DNA of 64,000 nucleotides from assembly GCA_964234715.1 (NCBI GenBank), contig OZ174287.1; one strand, 5' to 3'. Below, piece by piece: positions 26,101 through 39,162 of the stretch. The number at the start of each line of letters is the position of its first letter. Positions within the stretch are counted from its first letter, which is position 1. Under the pieces are notes generated by a model, which made no database searches, had not been told where the DNA came from, and was given only the letters and a program-made list of their open reading frames with translations. The position numbers were made by a program, and so were the translations under genes. This DNA is from Podarcis melisellensis (lineage: Eukaryota).

Positions 26101-27238
26101 TTAAAATTGGGGCTTGGCGAGGTCTAGTTTTTATTTTTTATTTTTTATAAATATTTATTAAGATTTTTTGAATACAAATACATAAATAATAAACAACTTT
26201 ACTTATATAACATACTTTCTTCACTTCTTTGGACTCCCTCACGTCTCCCGCTCCCACTTACATTGTGGAAAAGTTTTTCCAAGCAAATTATCATCTTGTT
26301 TACAATCTTATATTATTTTATTTTACATGAAAATGGGAAATATCTGAGGGGAGCTAAACTCCTCCCTCCTCTTTGCTTCCTCATGCTATTTAACTCCCCC
26401 CTCCTTGTCTCATTTCTGAGATTGGGATATAAGTACCTGTGGTGATGGAGGGTGGGGAGCTTAGACTGGGGACTGTTCTACTTCTTCTACTACTACACAC
26501 ACACCCTTGTTTTCTTCTTCTTTAGATGCTATTTTTCCTACTTATTTGAGGGCAGCTCCAGCAGAGTGGAAGGCAAGGTTCCATCCAAATGGAAGCTGGA
26601 GACACAAACTGGGTTTCTGGAATGCTTTCTTTGGTTGTGCACCTGGTAGCTCTCAGTGGCAGCCATGTTGTCTCCATAATACACTAGGACAGGCATGCCC
26701 AACTCTCTACAGACTGTGACCTACTCCCACTATATAAAGAAAACTGGCAGTGATCTACTGATTGCCGATTGTTGTTGAGCTTTTTTTTTAGGGGGGAGTA
26801 AGCAGAGTTGCTGAGCTTTCTTTTTAGGGGGGTAACAGTTGTTCAGCTTTTATGGAGACGGATTGCATGACATTGATCGCACAACAGTCTGCTGAGCTTC
26901 CTCCTTTCCCCACTCTGATGCCAACGCTGGAAATACAACCTTTCAAAGCTGTACTGGCAGCAAAAAATGGGACATAGTACTGGGGGTGGGGCACGTTATG
27001 ATCATTCAGGAACAAATGGGTGATCACTTCTTTTACTCCCACGATCGACCAGAAGCACCCCGACAATCTACCTGTTGATCATGGTCGTCTGGTTGGACAT
27101 TGCTGCACTAGGAGTTTCATGAACAGACACGGTCTTCTGTAGAACACCACAAAAACATTGATGTTTCCATGATATATTTTTTTTTGGGGGGGAGTAGTAA
27201 TCCCTACCCCCACCCCAAGTGCCCCTTATCCTCTGGGG

Positions 27239-27720
27239 CAGGGGTCTGCAACCTTTAAGACAAAAAGAGCCACTTGGACCCGTTTCCGAAGAAAAAAACA
27301 ACAGCGAGCCGCAAAACTCGTCATTATAAAAATAACTTTTTTGTCACTTTTTTATTATTTCTTTGTTTGACCCCTCAGAATTACTCCTCCTCATAGAAAT
27401 AAACGTTAAATTAACAAGTTACCTTTTTGTGTGTGTGTGTGTGTGTTCTTCACTTCCCTTCAAAATAGTGACCAGCGTACATGCCCCCTTTCAATGCAGT
27501 GACCAGCGTACATGCCCCTTACAATGTAGCGGGTGGGCGGGAAGGTGACTAACGTACGCACCGCCCCCATGCGACGTCACAGCCAGTACAGTGCCCGCCA
27601 CAGTGGGGAGTGTCGGGGCACACAATGCGCCTACTCCCCTCGCTAGTATCCGCCCCGGAGCCGCAGCAAAGGTGTAAAAGAGCCACATGCAGCTCCGGAG
27701 CCGCGGGTTGCAGACCCCTG
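27239..27720. mobile_element. hAT-type non-autonomous DNA transposon
   Basis: TIR CAGGGGTCTGCAACC / GGTTGCAGACCCCTG with a perfect 8-bp TSD CTCTGGGG; CpG-rich interior, so probably young. Confidence 0.9.
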
Positions 27721-28949
27721 CTCTGGGGCATTGTAAAAAGAAAAGAAGGCTGGTGGCCACTGGGGCCAAAAGAATTTTAAAAACTGGGTATCTTTAAGGA
27801 TATTAAATGTGGGTACAGGGTTGACAATCTGTTTTACTGAGATGTCAACTGTATTCTAAAATCTGGGTTTACACAACAATGCACACCCCACAGATGACTT
27901 AAACAGTATTTGATGTCTTACATGTCTTAATGACCCATCAAGGATAAAAAGAATATTGCCGATGTTTCAAATTGCCTCAAAAGCAGGATTTTTTTTAACG
28001 GATTCCGTATTTATGCAGTATCAGAGGTCAGCTGCAGCAGGGTACATTCCCCAATTAGAGTTTACCCTTTGGGTTATCACTTAGGGGAGTTGCAGGGGCA
28101 AGACTGTGCCACACACCATCAGTTAGGAATGGAATTGTTATTCAGGTCATGGGAGAAAAACAGGTCTGATTCAAGGTGCACCTGGGTGAAGGAAGTTTGG
28201 TTTTACAGGGTCTCCCTGGGTGGGAGGTAGGGGGAAAGAGAGCATTTATAGAGCTAATATATTTCGATAGTTTCAAGGAAGCATGCTGGGAAGAAAGCAA
28301 ATAGGCTGGACGAATACATTTAAGAAGGATTGAAACCGGTGCATTTGACCGGTGAATGTGTTCTTTTCCCCTCTTTGTTTAAAGGACTTGGCACCACTTT
28401 TATGAGTTACTCACCACTTTTATGGACTTTATATCATCTTTGCAGATGTAGATAGTTAATGTTTTAACTGCTGTTTATGGCTAAGGGTGTTCATCAAATA
28501 TGGGCTAGACTTATGAATACTGAAGCACACATGGAGGCTATGCCGTCAGAGCACCTATAATGCTTCCTTGTTGAAATAGTCAGAGTCTAAAGGTCAGGAC
28601 ATTTTGGCAGGCTAAAAGCCTGACTGGTAAAGGAAGCAGTGCTAGAACCTTTTGAGATCTCCCTCTACCTGCAGGAGGCTTGGGGTCACATCAACCCTGA
28701 AAAAAATGGAGAATTGTTTCTGAAAGGGTGTGTCCTGTTTCATTTTACCAGTATGGAACTGAATTCTGAGTGAGGGGGAAATGGCAAGCTGTGAGAGAAA
28801 AGGACAAATCAAAATGCAGAAAATTTTTGGGCATGTTGGGGGTGGTCAAAAGGAGATGGGAACTCAGCAATAGTTCTCACTTCTTCTTTACTTAATTTTC
28901 AGGTGGCATAGCAAAGCATTCCCAAACAGCACTGTTTTGGACAGCTCTG

Positions 28950-30780
28950 GAGATACTATTTACCAAATTTGGCATGATAGTTTCTGAGATCAAGGAATGG
29001 GGTTTGGTCCATGTTTGGATACCATTGGACACCAACTTGAATCCAAAAGGTGGACTGGGACCTTCAAAATTTTGACACCTCTTGAGATAACCCAACTGTC
29101 ATGCTGTCACTGAAGGAATCTTCTCCAGAGAGGGATGTGGCACTAGCCCAAGTAAAGGTTCTAGAGGAGCAGGATCTGTCAATGAACGGTGAGATGGACC
29201 AGGGAAGCTAGGACCTTCAGGGATCATAGCACCTCCCTATCTCTTTGGATTAGAAGTAGAGTGTGCCACCCTCAACCAAACCCCTCAAAACTGCACTGAT
29301 TTTAACTAGTACTGAAGGGTTTGTATATTACAGTTTACTGAACAAGATTAAATAAATATATATATTATTTTTGCTAAGAATTAAGAAACCCCTATCCATT
29401 TATCAATCTTTTTATCGTTTGTTTTTTAAGACTTGCTGGGCAATCCTAGATACTGTCTGCTAGTGTCTGCTATATATTTTGGAATGTTCTTCCGCTAGCC
29501 ACCTGTCCACCAGTCAGACAGCCCTTGAAATGTCATCACCAAAACTGGCACAATGGTTTCTGAGATGGAGGAACCATTTCTCATCTATGTTTGGAAACTG
29601 CCAGATGCCATTTTGAATCAAATGGCAGACCGAGCCATTATGAACTGCTCTAGTCTGGACCCCTGGAGATGTTGTTGTCATCCAAATTTGTGTGACAGTT
29701 CCTGAGATGGTAGAGTGAGTGCTGGTCTACTTTGGAAACCATCATATGCAATTTTGAATCAAGATGTTGGACAGAGGTATTCCAAACTGCACTGATTTGA
29801 ACACTTTTGAATATATTATCTCCAGGATGAACAGGTTAAATCTGTTATGATACACTGGGGGAGGGACTTGGGGCATAATATCCAACTCTCATCCTGGGAG
29901 AGGTTATGGAAAACTGATCTGAAATTTTCGGCATGCTGTACGTTGAAATAAAATTATATGAAAATGATGTACCGTTGGTATTTAACTCATGGTAAGTTAG
30001 CAAAAATGTATGAGACAGGTACAAATATCTGCTGGAAATGTAAAGAAAAATAAGGCACCTTTTATCATATGTGGTGGATGTTTAAGGTAACAAAAGCATT
30101 CTTGGAAGTGATATATAAAGAATTGGGAAAAAAAAGTTTGAAATAACTTTTATATTAAAAAAACCAGAGGCTTTTTTATTAGGAATTGTAGATGCTGAAA
30201 TTCCAAGGGAGCAGAAAAGGCTTTTTATGTATGCAACGACAGCTGCATGGATGCTGTTAGCCCAGAGATGGAAAGAAGATAAAGTCCCTACCAGAGAAGA
30301 ATGGCAAATTAAACTGTTGGACTATGCCGAAATGGCAAAACTGACCGGGAAAGCTCAGAAACCAAGAAGACCAAACCTTTAATAAGAAATGGGAAAAATA
30401 TATATTTTACCTAGAAGACCACTGTAAGCAGCTGAAAACACTAGCAGGACCACAATAACACTTGTAATGTGATGAAATTATGGATATAATGGAGTTATAA
30501 AAAACTTGGTTTATGGGGGAACGATGCAGTAGAAAAGGGTAACAATAGAACCCACAGAGAGGAAGGTGGTAAGTCCAAAGATTCAGAGGAAGTGGTATGA
30601 TTATAATGTTAAATTTGTAAAACCAAATAAAATTCATTTTGGAAAAAGAAAAGAATATATTATCTCCCATTTTGATTTGATGGTTCCTGGAAAATGCAGA
30701 GGTTTTGGCCTATATTTGGATATAACTGGATGTCTTTTTGAATCAAAGTGGTGGACTGAATCTTGAAAAAACTGCACTGA
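28950..30780. repeat. Degenerate ~140-bp tandem-like repeat (at least 4 units), split by later insertions
   Basis: Recurring ccaaa(t/a)...gtt(t/c)ctgagat...tttgga...ttgaatc...aactgcactgat near 28960, 29540, 29680 and 30670. Confidence 0.55.
29824..30652 (+). mobile_element. 5'-truncated L1/Tx1-like LINE
   Basis: Degenerate ORF2 C-terminus (CWKC..GTFYHMWW), AATAAA plus A-rich tail, and a 15-bp TSD GAATATATTATCTCC at 29809-29823 and 30653-30667. Confidence 0.88.
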
Positions 30781-31578
30781 TGTTGATGTCTTGCTTGATG
30801 CCTTGCATGATATAAGCAGCAGTGCAGGGATGATGCTCCTTAGGTACAATGTTCCTGCTTCCCTGGGACTTCCATGAAAGGAGTACAACTCACCCACCCC
30901 CCATCATGTTGAGATTTGCAACACTGGAAGTGGAGTTGTAAGTACGGCTGGATGGAGGAGGATAGCAGTGCACTAGGAAGTATATGCCTATGAGAGAATT
31001 TATTAGGATTACACAGAGTTGAAGTCACAAGAAAATGTCAAAGATGGAGACTGAAGAAGACAATGCTATAGACATGAATGTTTATTTTAGAGACATTGGA
31101 GACAGCTGGTCTTTCTCTTTGAGGGATGTTGGAGGAGAAAATGATACCAGAGGCATCAGTCAAAGCTCCCAGCTGGCACTGTTCGGAACTGTAGGACTGC
31201 TTTACAGCTCTTGCTTGCAAATGAAGGTATTCATTTGATCACATCTTTTATCATTCCACTTCCGTAAATCTGAAATTTGAGATAATAGACTCATACATCA
31301 GTTTGGAAACCACTGTTTTCTGGATAAAGTATATAAATGAAGATAATTACATGCAACCAACCTATGCAGACTGGATATAGTCAAAGCCTTCTAACTCATG
31401 CTCAACAAATGGACCCCTGCTGATTTGGTGTACAGAGTAATTAATTTGTGAACCTTGGTACAGATAAGCACATGGCTGAGTGTTGTATCCAACCAACTCA
31501 TCCTCAGAGTAAACTCTTTAAATTTAATGGATTGTAGGAAGTGATGAGGTATGAGTGATGATTGTAGGTAGTGATAAG

Positions 31579-31800
31579 AGGGACGCGGGTGGCGCTGTGG
31601 GTTAAATCACAGAGCCTAGGACTTGCTGATCAGAAGGTCAGTGGTTTGAATCCCCGCAACGGGGTGAGCTCCCGTTGCTCGGTCCCTGCTCCTGCCAACC
31701 TAGTGGTTCGAAAGCACGTCAAAGTGCAAGTGGATAAATAGGTACCCCAGAGTCGGCCATGACTGGACCTAATGGTCAGGGGTCGCTTTACCTTTACCTA
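31579..31800 (+). mobile_element. Sauria-type SINE (internally deleted)
   Basis: gggacgcgggtggcgctgtgggttaaa...ctttacctttaccta tail. Confidence 0.8.
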
Positions 31801-32875
31801 GGTAGTGATGACTAAGTACAACTTTGTTAGATACAATCTGGAGAAATATTGGCAATGGATGGAGAAGCAGATGGCAATGTAAAATCCATGTTGCAAATGT
31901 CTTTTTCTCAACCCTGGAAATGTTTTCCTTACCAGAGACAAGCAGCAACTCCACACAATACTCCACGCCACCCGAGTTGTTTGGTTCCCCTGTTTTCCAG
32001 CTTCGGTAATTGAAGGTTGATTCGTCAGCCCACCTCCAACGCCCATTCTGCAGGAATGATATGGAAGAGATCATGCAGTCATTTGAAATGAGGAGCTCCG
32101 TTAAAAGATCATGTGGAGCATTGAAACAAAATAAAGAAATTCCTTCCAGTACCACCTTAGAGACCAACTAAGTTTGTCATTGGTTTCTTATGTGGAGCAT
32201 TGGTCAGAGCGAAGCGATTGCCATTTAGGATGGAGATATTAGAGGACCCCCAAAAACATAATGGAGAAGTTAAATATTGGATTAATCCTGGGAGATGATT
32301 GAGATAAGGACAGAATGGTGGTGTTAAGAAGCCACTATTCAATGATTAGGGGTGCCAACTTGAATAAAATATTGGGAAGGGAGCAGGTAAGCCATGCCCC
32401 ATATAATCTATCACGCATTTGAATGACAGTGCCCAATAATGGGGGGGAGGGGCTGGCCCCCTCAAATATTTTATGAAGGGGAGGGACCTCAGCCCCTAGG
32501 AGTTGGCTCCTACATCACTGACAATGGCCTGAAATAGAATAAGAGAAGACAACTCACCTGACGGGGATCTTGGAGCCCAATCCAAACATTACTTGGATTT
32601 TTCTGGTATGTGGCAATGTGCTTGGCTACCAAGGCTGCCTCTTTCTCAGTGAGGATAGAGGCAAGGTGGGTCCCACGGCCATAGCTCTGGCACTCAATCT
32701 AAAAATGGAAGAAATGAATTTGGATACCTTGTCACAATTTAATACCCCACTAGCATGGGCGGGGGATGAATTCAATTCAGTTCCCATTTAAAAGCCAATC
32801 CCTCATGTTCAAACTGTCCAACAAGAAAGAAAAAAAGATAAGGAAGGAAAATGCTGAAGAATTTTCATGAGAAAT

Positions 32876-32913
32876 CAACCAACCAACCAACCAACCAACC
32901 AACCAACCAACCA
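32876..32913. repeat. (CAAC)n microsatellite
   Basis: Read directly from the sequence. Confidence 0.9.
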
Positions 32914-34581
32914 ATGACAGATTGCTGCAGAAATGTGAGGAACTGAATGAGATATTGCAAGAAAAACACACACCACGTATTCGTACCTCCCAATACCAAA
33001 GTGAAATTCTCAAAATGTGAGGTCAGATGCAATGTTACTAGTCTGACAGCACCTCCAGACTCTGAGTATTTTGCATGAGGAATGAAGGACACACCAACGT
33101 ACAATTAGAGGGAATAAAAGTGAGCTGCGATTCTAGGGCAATAAATCTACTACATAAACAATAATTTTTGAGGTTAGGAAAGTGATGGAGAAATGCTTAG
33201 AAAAGTGTGGGATGGATGGACGATTAATAGGAAGTTATATAAATACTCATGCAAATTAAGATGAATGTTCATTGTTGTATAATCTCTCTACATTCTAATA
33301 GCTACTTCTGGGGACCCACAGGTTGAGAACCGCTGAAACCAACCCCTTCTCTAAAGCTATGAAGATTTGCAGGAGTGTAGCATTTACCTTGGGTTGGTAA
33401 ATCTCTTTGGCAGTCACAGGAAGCTAACTGGCCTATTGTAATATCTGAGTCCATTCACAAATATGCATGTTGAGCACAGGTGGAGGGTCAAAACAAACAC
33501 TTCAATAAGCCCAAGTTTGCATATTCCAAATGATCTCTACAGAGGCAAACAATGTCTGACCCCCCCTTTTTTAGCCCACATGCCTTTCCCTAAAACTGCA
33601 CACTATTGTTCTTTTCATGCACAGATGACTTGCTTCTTCTCCTGGGTTGGTAAACTACTTCACCTTATCATAACAAATAAAATCTCTTTTGTTGAGTCTA
33701 AGATGCTTCTCATGTACTTTCACATAACATTATGCTTTCGTAGGAGAGGGATGTGCCTTACCTCAGCATCTTCCCATGACATCTTAAAATCAAAATAAGC
33801 ATAGCAGTTGCCCTGGTCTTTGCTGTATGGAGCTGGTCTTTGCTGTATGGAGAAAGAAGGAAGAAAAGAAAGAGGACCAAAAGAACTAAGAGGTTTGCTC
33901 TTTAGCTATATCATTGGTGATTCCATGAGGAAAACACAGAATATTTTAAAACCCTGCCCTCTTGTCCCAATAGGATTAGCTGGGCTGCTGTCCATTCAAA
34001 ATCTAAGGAGTACCTTTTAGTGACTGCTTAGCCCTATGTAAGACTTCTGGGTGATTTGGTATAATGCTCACCTCCTGGGATAGAACTGGAGACCAGAATT
34101 CCAAGAAGATAAAGGCTGAACTTGGTGACGAATCGCATCTTCCTTTGTTTACCTTTGGAAAAGAGTAATGTACCATGAATTCAAGAGGTGCATTCATGGA
34201 ATGTCATTGATTCAGAGTGGTGATTAAAGGGAGGGGAAAGTAAATATTTTTCTGTATTTAAAATAACAATTATCTTTTATTTGAACTTTTATTTGAAGAT
34301 TAGAGGAAGAAGAAAGAATTTAAAGTTTCAAATTGTCAAGGTTGATGAATCATACATACTAATGGGACTTCCACACTAGGAATTTAAATGTGGAATTGCC
34401 ATTCTTTGCCTAGTAAAAGTGGAGTGACCTATAAAAGTGGAGCTGTTGAAATGTAGAATGCTTTATAGAGAAAGGTTGGAGACCATTGAGCAGGTGACTG
34501 TAAAACCCTCCAGCTGGAAGCACCTTAAGTATTGATGAAAAACAACAGCGCTTGCTTTCTGGTATCTGTTTTCTGTATGGC

Positions 34582-34773
34582 AGGGGTGGCCAACTCCCAA
34601 GAGACTGCAATCTACTCACAGAGTTAAAAACTGGCCATGATCTACCCCCCCTTTGGGGGGTTTAGATCAAAGTTGTTGAGCTTCTTTGGAAGGAGCCACT
34701 GATCTACCAGTGATCTACCACAGACATCCAGTGAGCTACCAGTAGATCACAATCTACCTGTTGGACATGCCTG
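34582..34773. mobile_element. hAT-like MITE (related copy at about 26690-27105)
   Basis: Ends caggggtggccaac...gttggacatgcctg; internal gatctac repeats shared with the other copy. Confidence 0.6.
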
Positions 34774-36067
34774 CTATATGGAAAACGATTTACTCCCAAG
34801 CAAATGTGATGATTCAAAATCAGGGTTGTTTCAATCTACTTTCTGCATTGTCCAGGCAGCTACACGTAAACAAACGGTTTTGCATATTCCTTATGTCAGA
34901 GGTATGTCATGTGGCCCTTTTAGAGGGTGTTGGACTGGAACTATCATCATTCTCAACCATTAGACATACTTTCTGGGGCTGATGGGAGTTGGACTCCAGC
35001 AATATTTTGAGGTCTCTGGATTTCCCATCCCCTCCTAATGTAAACTCCAGGATGTCAGCAAGTGTTGTAATTTGATCACACATACCTCTCTTTCTCAAAC
35101 AATCTTCATCTATTTGGCAGTAATCTAAGCAATCTGGATGTAGTGGGGATCTCCCCTGGATTTGAGTGCACTGGTCTCTTTCTTTTTTAAAAAATGCTTC
35201 TCCCTCTCAAAGTCTCCCAGTCATTCTTATCTTCTGAGCATCTATCCTCTTGCTCCCTTTCCAAACCAGCCTTAGAAACAGTGTCTAGTTTTCTAACTAA
35301 AATGGGACTAAAATGCAGGGGGCTTTAGTCCCATTCCTTCCTTAACTGTAGTAACTGTGTAAATTAAGATTTTATATAGTGCAAACAAAATAGGAAACCC
35401 CATCAATACTTCTTCCCTTGGTGCAGCCATAAGTTATGAGAGAGAAGAGCACACCTCCTCTGTAAGAGTATCCTGTAAGAATAGTAATGTACAGTATTGC
35501 TCTCAATCACACCATCAACTCATCCTTTTTTTTCATATCTAGCAAAGCAAATAATCATGTTTGAGAAAGTTTGATGTCCTGTGTGTTTATTTCCTGTGGC
35601 TTCAACCTGTGATTGGTTGCCTCCTAAATTTGATGGATAGGATATTGGAAAATTCTGCACCTGTATTGGCTAAGGCACTATTTGGTGATGGTGCCTCTCC
35701 TCTGACAGAGGAGGGTTTGGCTGGAAAATGGCATGGCTAGTTTGGCTGGTATGGGGTAGCCCACTAGCATTATCCATCCAAACAAGGAGATATGGAGGGG
35801 CAGAGGCAGGACAGAGGTGGCCTTGCATGTGCTGAATAAAAATCACTGGAATTATCAGGGTGTTTCTCTCCCCCCTCTTTACCGATCTTACACAGCTGGA
35901 GAAATTCAATGGGAAATTCAACTGTGTTGAAAAATTCAAAGAGATACAAATTTCAAAGGGTGCCTGTGTTTCAGCTCTCATATTGTTTCCAATACTGCAA
36001 ATTCAACAAGTTTGTCTTTAAATGGAAACTGAACTGAATTTCTCTCCATCCCCAACCTCAATTTCAA

Positions 36068-36160
36068 CTTACCCAGGTTCAGTCCTGTTGAGGTGATGGA
36101 TTCCTCTTTCTACAGGCAAGTCTGTCTCCCAAGCTGGCTGCCTTAATTCTTATATGGAGC
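36068..36160 (-). promoter_or_regulatory. CTL-D proximal TATA and non-coding exon 1
   Basis: TATAAG at 36149-36154, ATCCATCACCTCAAC core, donor GTAAGT (cttac at 36068-36072). Confidence 0.72.
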
Positions 36161-36299
36161 TTAGTCAGGTCAGAGGCAGGTGGAAAGGAGGAAGGAATGT
36201 TTAAAATTGGGGCTCGGCAAGGTCTAGATTTTAGAAGAAAATGGGAATGACTAAGGGGAGCTAAACTCCTCCCTCCACTTTGCCTCCTCGTGCTATTTA

Positions 36300-36520
36300 C
36301 CGTATTTTTCGCTCTATAAGACACACCAGACCACAGGACGCACCTAGTTTTTGGAGGAGGAAAACAAGAAAAAATATCTTCTGAATCCCAGAAGCGATTC
36401 CTCTTGCTGTTCTGGCTTCTGGGATAGCTGCGCAGCCTGCATTTGCTCCATAAGACGGACACACATTCCCCCTTACTTTTTAGGAGGGAAAAAGTCAGTC
36501 TTATAGAGCAAAAAATATGG
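36300..36520. mobile_element. TcMar-type MITE
   Basis: TIR ccgtatttttcgctctataagac / gtcttatagagcaaaaaatatgg with TA TSD; absent from the paralogous sites near 26390 and 54058. Confidence 0.85.
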
Positions 36521-36817
36521 TAATTTTCCTCTCCTTGGCTCAAATATAAGTAACTGTGGTGATGGAGGGTGGGGAGCTTAAACTGGGGAGTGTTCTACTT
36601 CTTCTACTACACCCATGCCCTTGCTTTCTTCTCCTCAACTTCTCAACCCACAAACCCACATAGTATATGTATACTTACTTACCTGCGAGAACTGAATGAG
36701 ACTTTGATGGAAGAAGGATGTGGACAGATATGTGGGTATAGGGTTTAATGCTAGTGAGAGCCCCCAATACAAAATATAAATCAGTAGCATCAGAAGTGAG
36801 TTTGTGATTGTCTCCAA

Positions 36818-36910
36818 CTTACCCAAGTTTCGTCCTGTGAGGTGATGGATATCACGTTATGCAGGGGCAAGTTTGTCTCTGAAGCTGCTACCTCAATTCT
36901 TATATAGATC
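36818..36910 (-). promoter_or_regulatory. Second (distal) CTL-type TATA and non-coding exon 1 module
   Basis: CTATATAAG at 36899-36907, ATCCATCACCTCAC core, donor GTAAGT (36818-36822). No coding exons of its own. Confidence 0.68.
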
Positions 36911-39162
36911 TTGGTGAAGTTGGGGGTTGGGGCAGGGAAGGGGGAAGGATGAAAGTTCAATCACTTGCCATATGTTGAGTAGATATGGATAGGAGAAATA
37001 TGTTTCAGTTTCCCTGAAATTCCCACAATTAGTCCATTCACTATACAATTAGGTTTCTGGTAATGGCTTGGAAAGCAAATACCCTAAATAAAATAAGCAC
37101 ACATAATTGACATCAGATAATGCATCTACCATCTGGGGCTTAGTCCATATCTAGGCGGAGTACTTTTTCGATATGTTTGATTTTAAAATGAAAGGGGAAC
37201 AGAGTGCACGTTTTGCTCAAGGGCACAGACTTCGCATTGTTGATACCCAACAAGAATGACCAGCTTCCTTCAAAATGGAGTGTTTACATTGGAACATTTC
37301 CCAGTATCCTATGCTACATGAAGGGATTCCATGATAGGCAAATCCACGTGGCAAAGATTTAATGAAGCCACAACTGTGAAAATAGCTTCTATAAATTCAA
37401 ACTAGTTTCCTTTTTTAATCTACATTTAAAAATGGAACTTGGTGAAGTCCATTTTTTCCATGAAAATGAAAGATGATTTCTTTCATTCTTTCAGGGAGAA
37501 CTGAGATCTCAATCTCTTTGCTGTCCATGCTCTTTTGCTTTAGGTTTTCCTCCTACCTGGTTCAATTCCAGGATTTCCAGGATTGTTTTTAAATATGCTG
37601 TAAGCCGCCCAGAGTGGCTGGGTTGTTGATGTTGCTGTTGTTGTTGTGGCTGGGAGAAAATCTAGACAGGGATAAGGGTGGGTTTCAGCTCTCATCACCC
37701 CCCACTAGCATCCAGTTTACTCAATTATTTATTATTTGTTGAAATTATATACCACCTAATACCCAGAGGTCTCAGGGTAGTTCACATAAAAAGATCACAG
37801 TTAATAATACCTCCCCCCAAAGAGCCACATACCCCAGGGTATGTTGATCAGGTCAACCAAAGGCCTGGTTAAAAGCGAATGTTTTTGCCTGGCACTTAAA
37901 GGTTTTTAATGAAAGCGCTAGGTAAACTTCCCTGGGGAGAGCATTCCATAGACGGGGAGCCACTGCAGAGAAGGCCTGTTCTCATGTTGCCACCCTCCAG
38001 TCCTCTTGAGGAGGTGACACATGAAGGAGGGCCTCAGAAGATGATCTCATGTTCATATGGAAAGAGGCTGTTCTATCACTAGAATATTATGGAAAGAGGT
38101 GGAACCTACTACTAGAGTATTGTGTAGATAGCCCCTGGTATCTGCTACTAAACCTCTGTGGCCGCTGTATTTTTCTGGTGACAGCAATTTCCTCACACAC
38201 AGAGCAACCCCTCACAGCACTTGGGTGCTTATGGAAAAAAGACATCCACCAGGGCAGAGATAGGAGTTTTGTTTGTTTGTTTTGAAGAGCATCTAGCGTG
38301 GGTGTAAGTAGGGATGCTGGTCTGAATATCTCTTTTACAGGAACAGAGAAAATATTCTCACAGCATCCAGAGGTCTGAGTTTAAATATGTATGTCCACTG
38401 TCAGATTGTTTAAATTACACTTGATGCTTTGCATGTTTGTGTGGGGATTTTTTTTCTTAACACACACACATCACACGTCTTTTGCATATAAAGTTTAATT
38501 CAGACTTTTCACAATACAATAAAACGAAACTATTCAAAACAGAAAAGGATAAAAAGAAAAGAATGAAACAAAATAAGAAAAAGAGCCAGATGAATATAAA
38601 GTTCTCTCTCACATATATCCTAACTTTGAGCAATGAAATTTGTTTAGAAGATATATTTATTATGTAGGAACTGTATAATTATGGTCTTCCTGGGATCAAG
38701 GTCATGTCCCACCAACTTCTAATTTATTTTGGTAAGCAGAATGGTTAACTAGCACGAATTAACAAGAGTTCAATTGATTTTGATGTCCTATTTTTCAATC
38801 ATTTGGCTGCTACACCATTTTCAATCCTGCTGCAAATTGCTTTCACATAACATTCCACTTGGACAACACCCTGGTGAAGCAGACCCCTGTAAGTAACAGT
38901 ATTTATAGCCTCAGCCTAATGTGTAGCGATCAGCGTGTTGTCCTAGGTGCTGGAAAACTATGGTTCAAATCCCCATTCAGCCATGGGTCAGATGTCATCT
39001 CTCAATCTAAGCTTCTTCACAGAGTTGTTGAGAAAATAATAGCAAGAGAGGGAGAATTATGTGCTCCTTGGATGGCATAGAAGACAGAATATAAAAACAA
39101 AGGAAATAGCATCTTCTTGCCACAAATTAAGGTCTCTGGCTAATGGCATCTCTTTCACCTTC

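Larger units (their letters stand above)
31202..34138 (-). pseudogene. C-type lectin D (EPN + WND), frameshifting lesion in exon 3; probable recent pseudogene or null allele
   Basis: Exons 34138-34072, (33842 or 33822)-33762, 32698-32558, 32047-31933, 31269-31202. Exon 3 is 81 or 61 nt instead of 92 and lacks CPxGW. All other exons and splice sites are intact (IECQSYGRGTHLASIL, WIGL, GEPNN, WND). Confidence 0.85.

Noticed and set aside
10749-34138. Calling the CTL genes venom toxins (snaclecs)
   Set aside because: The family resemblance is real, but there is no extra inter-chain Cys and no expression evidence, and B and D keep canonical sugar-binding motifs.
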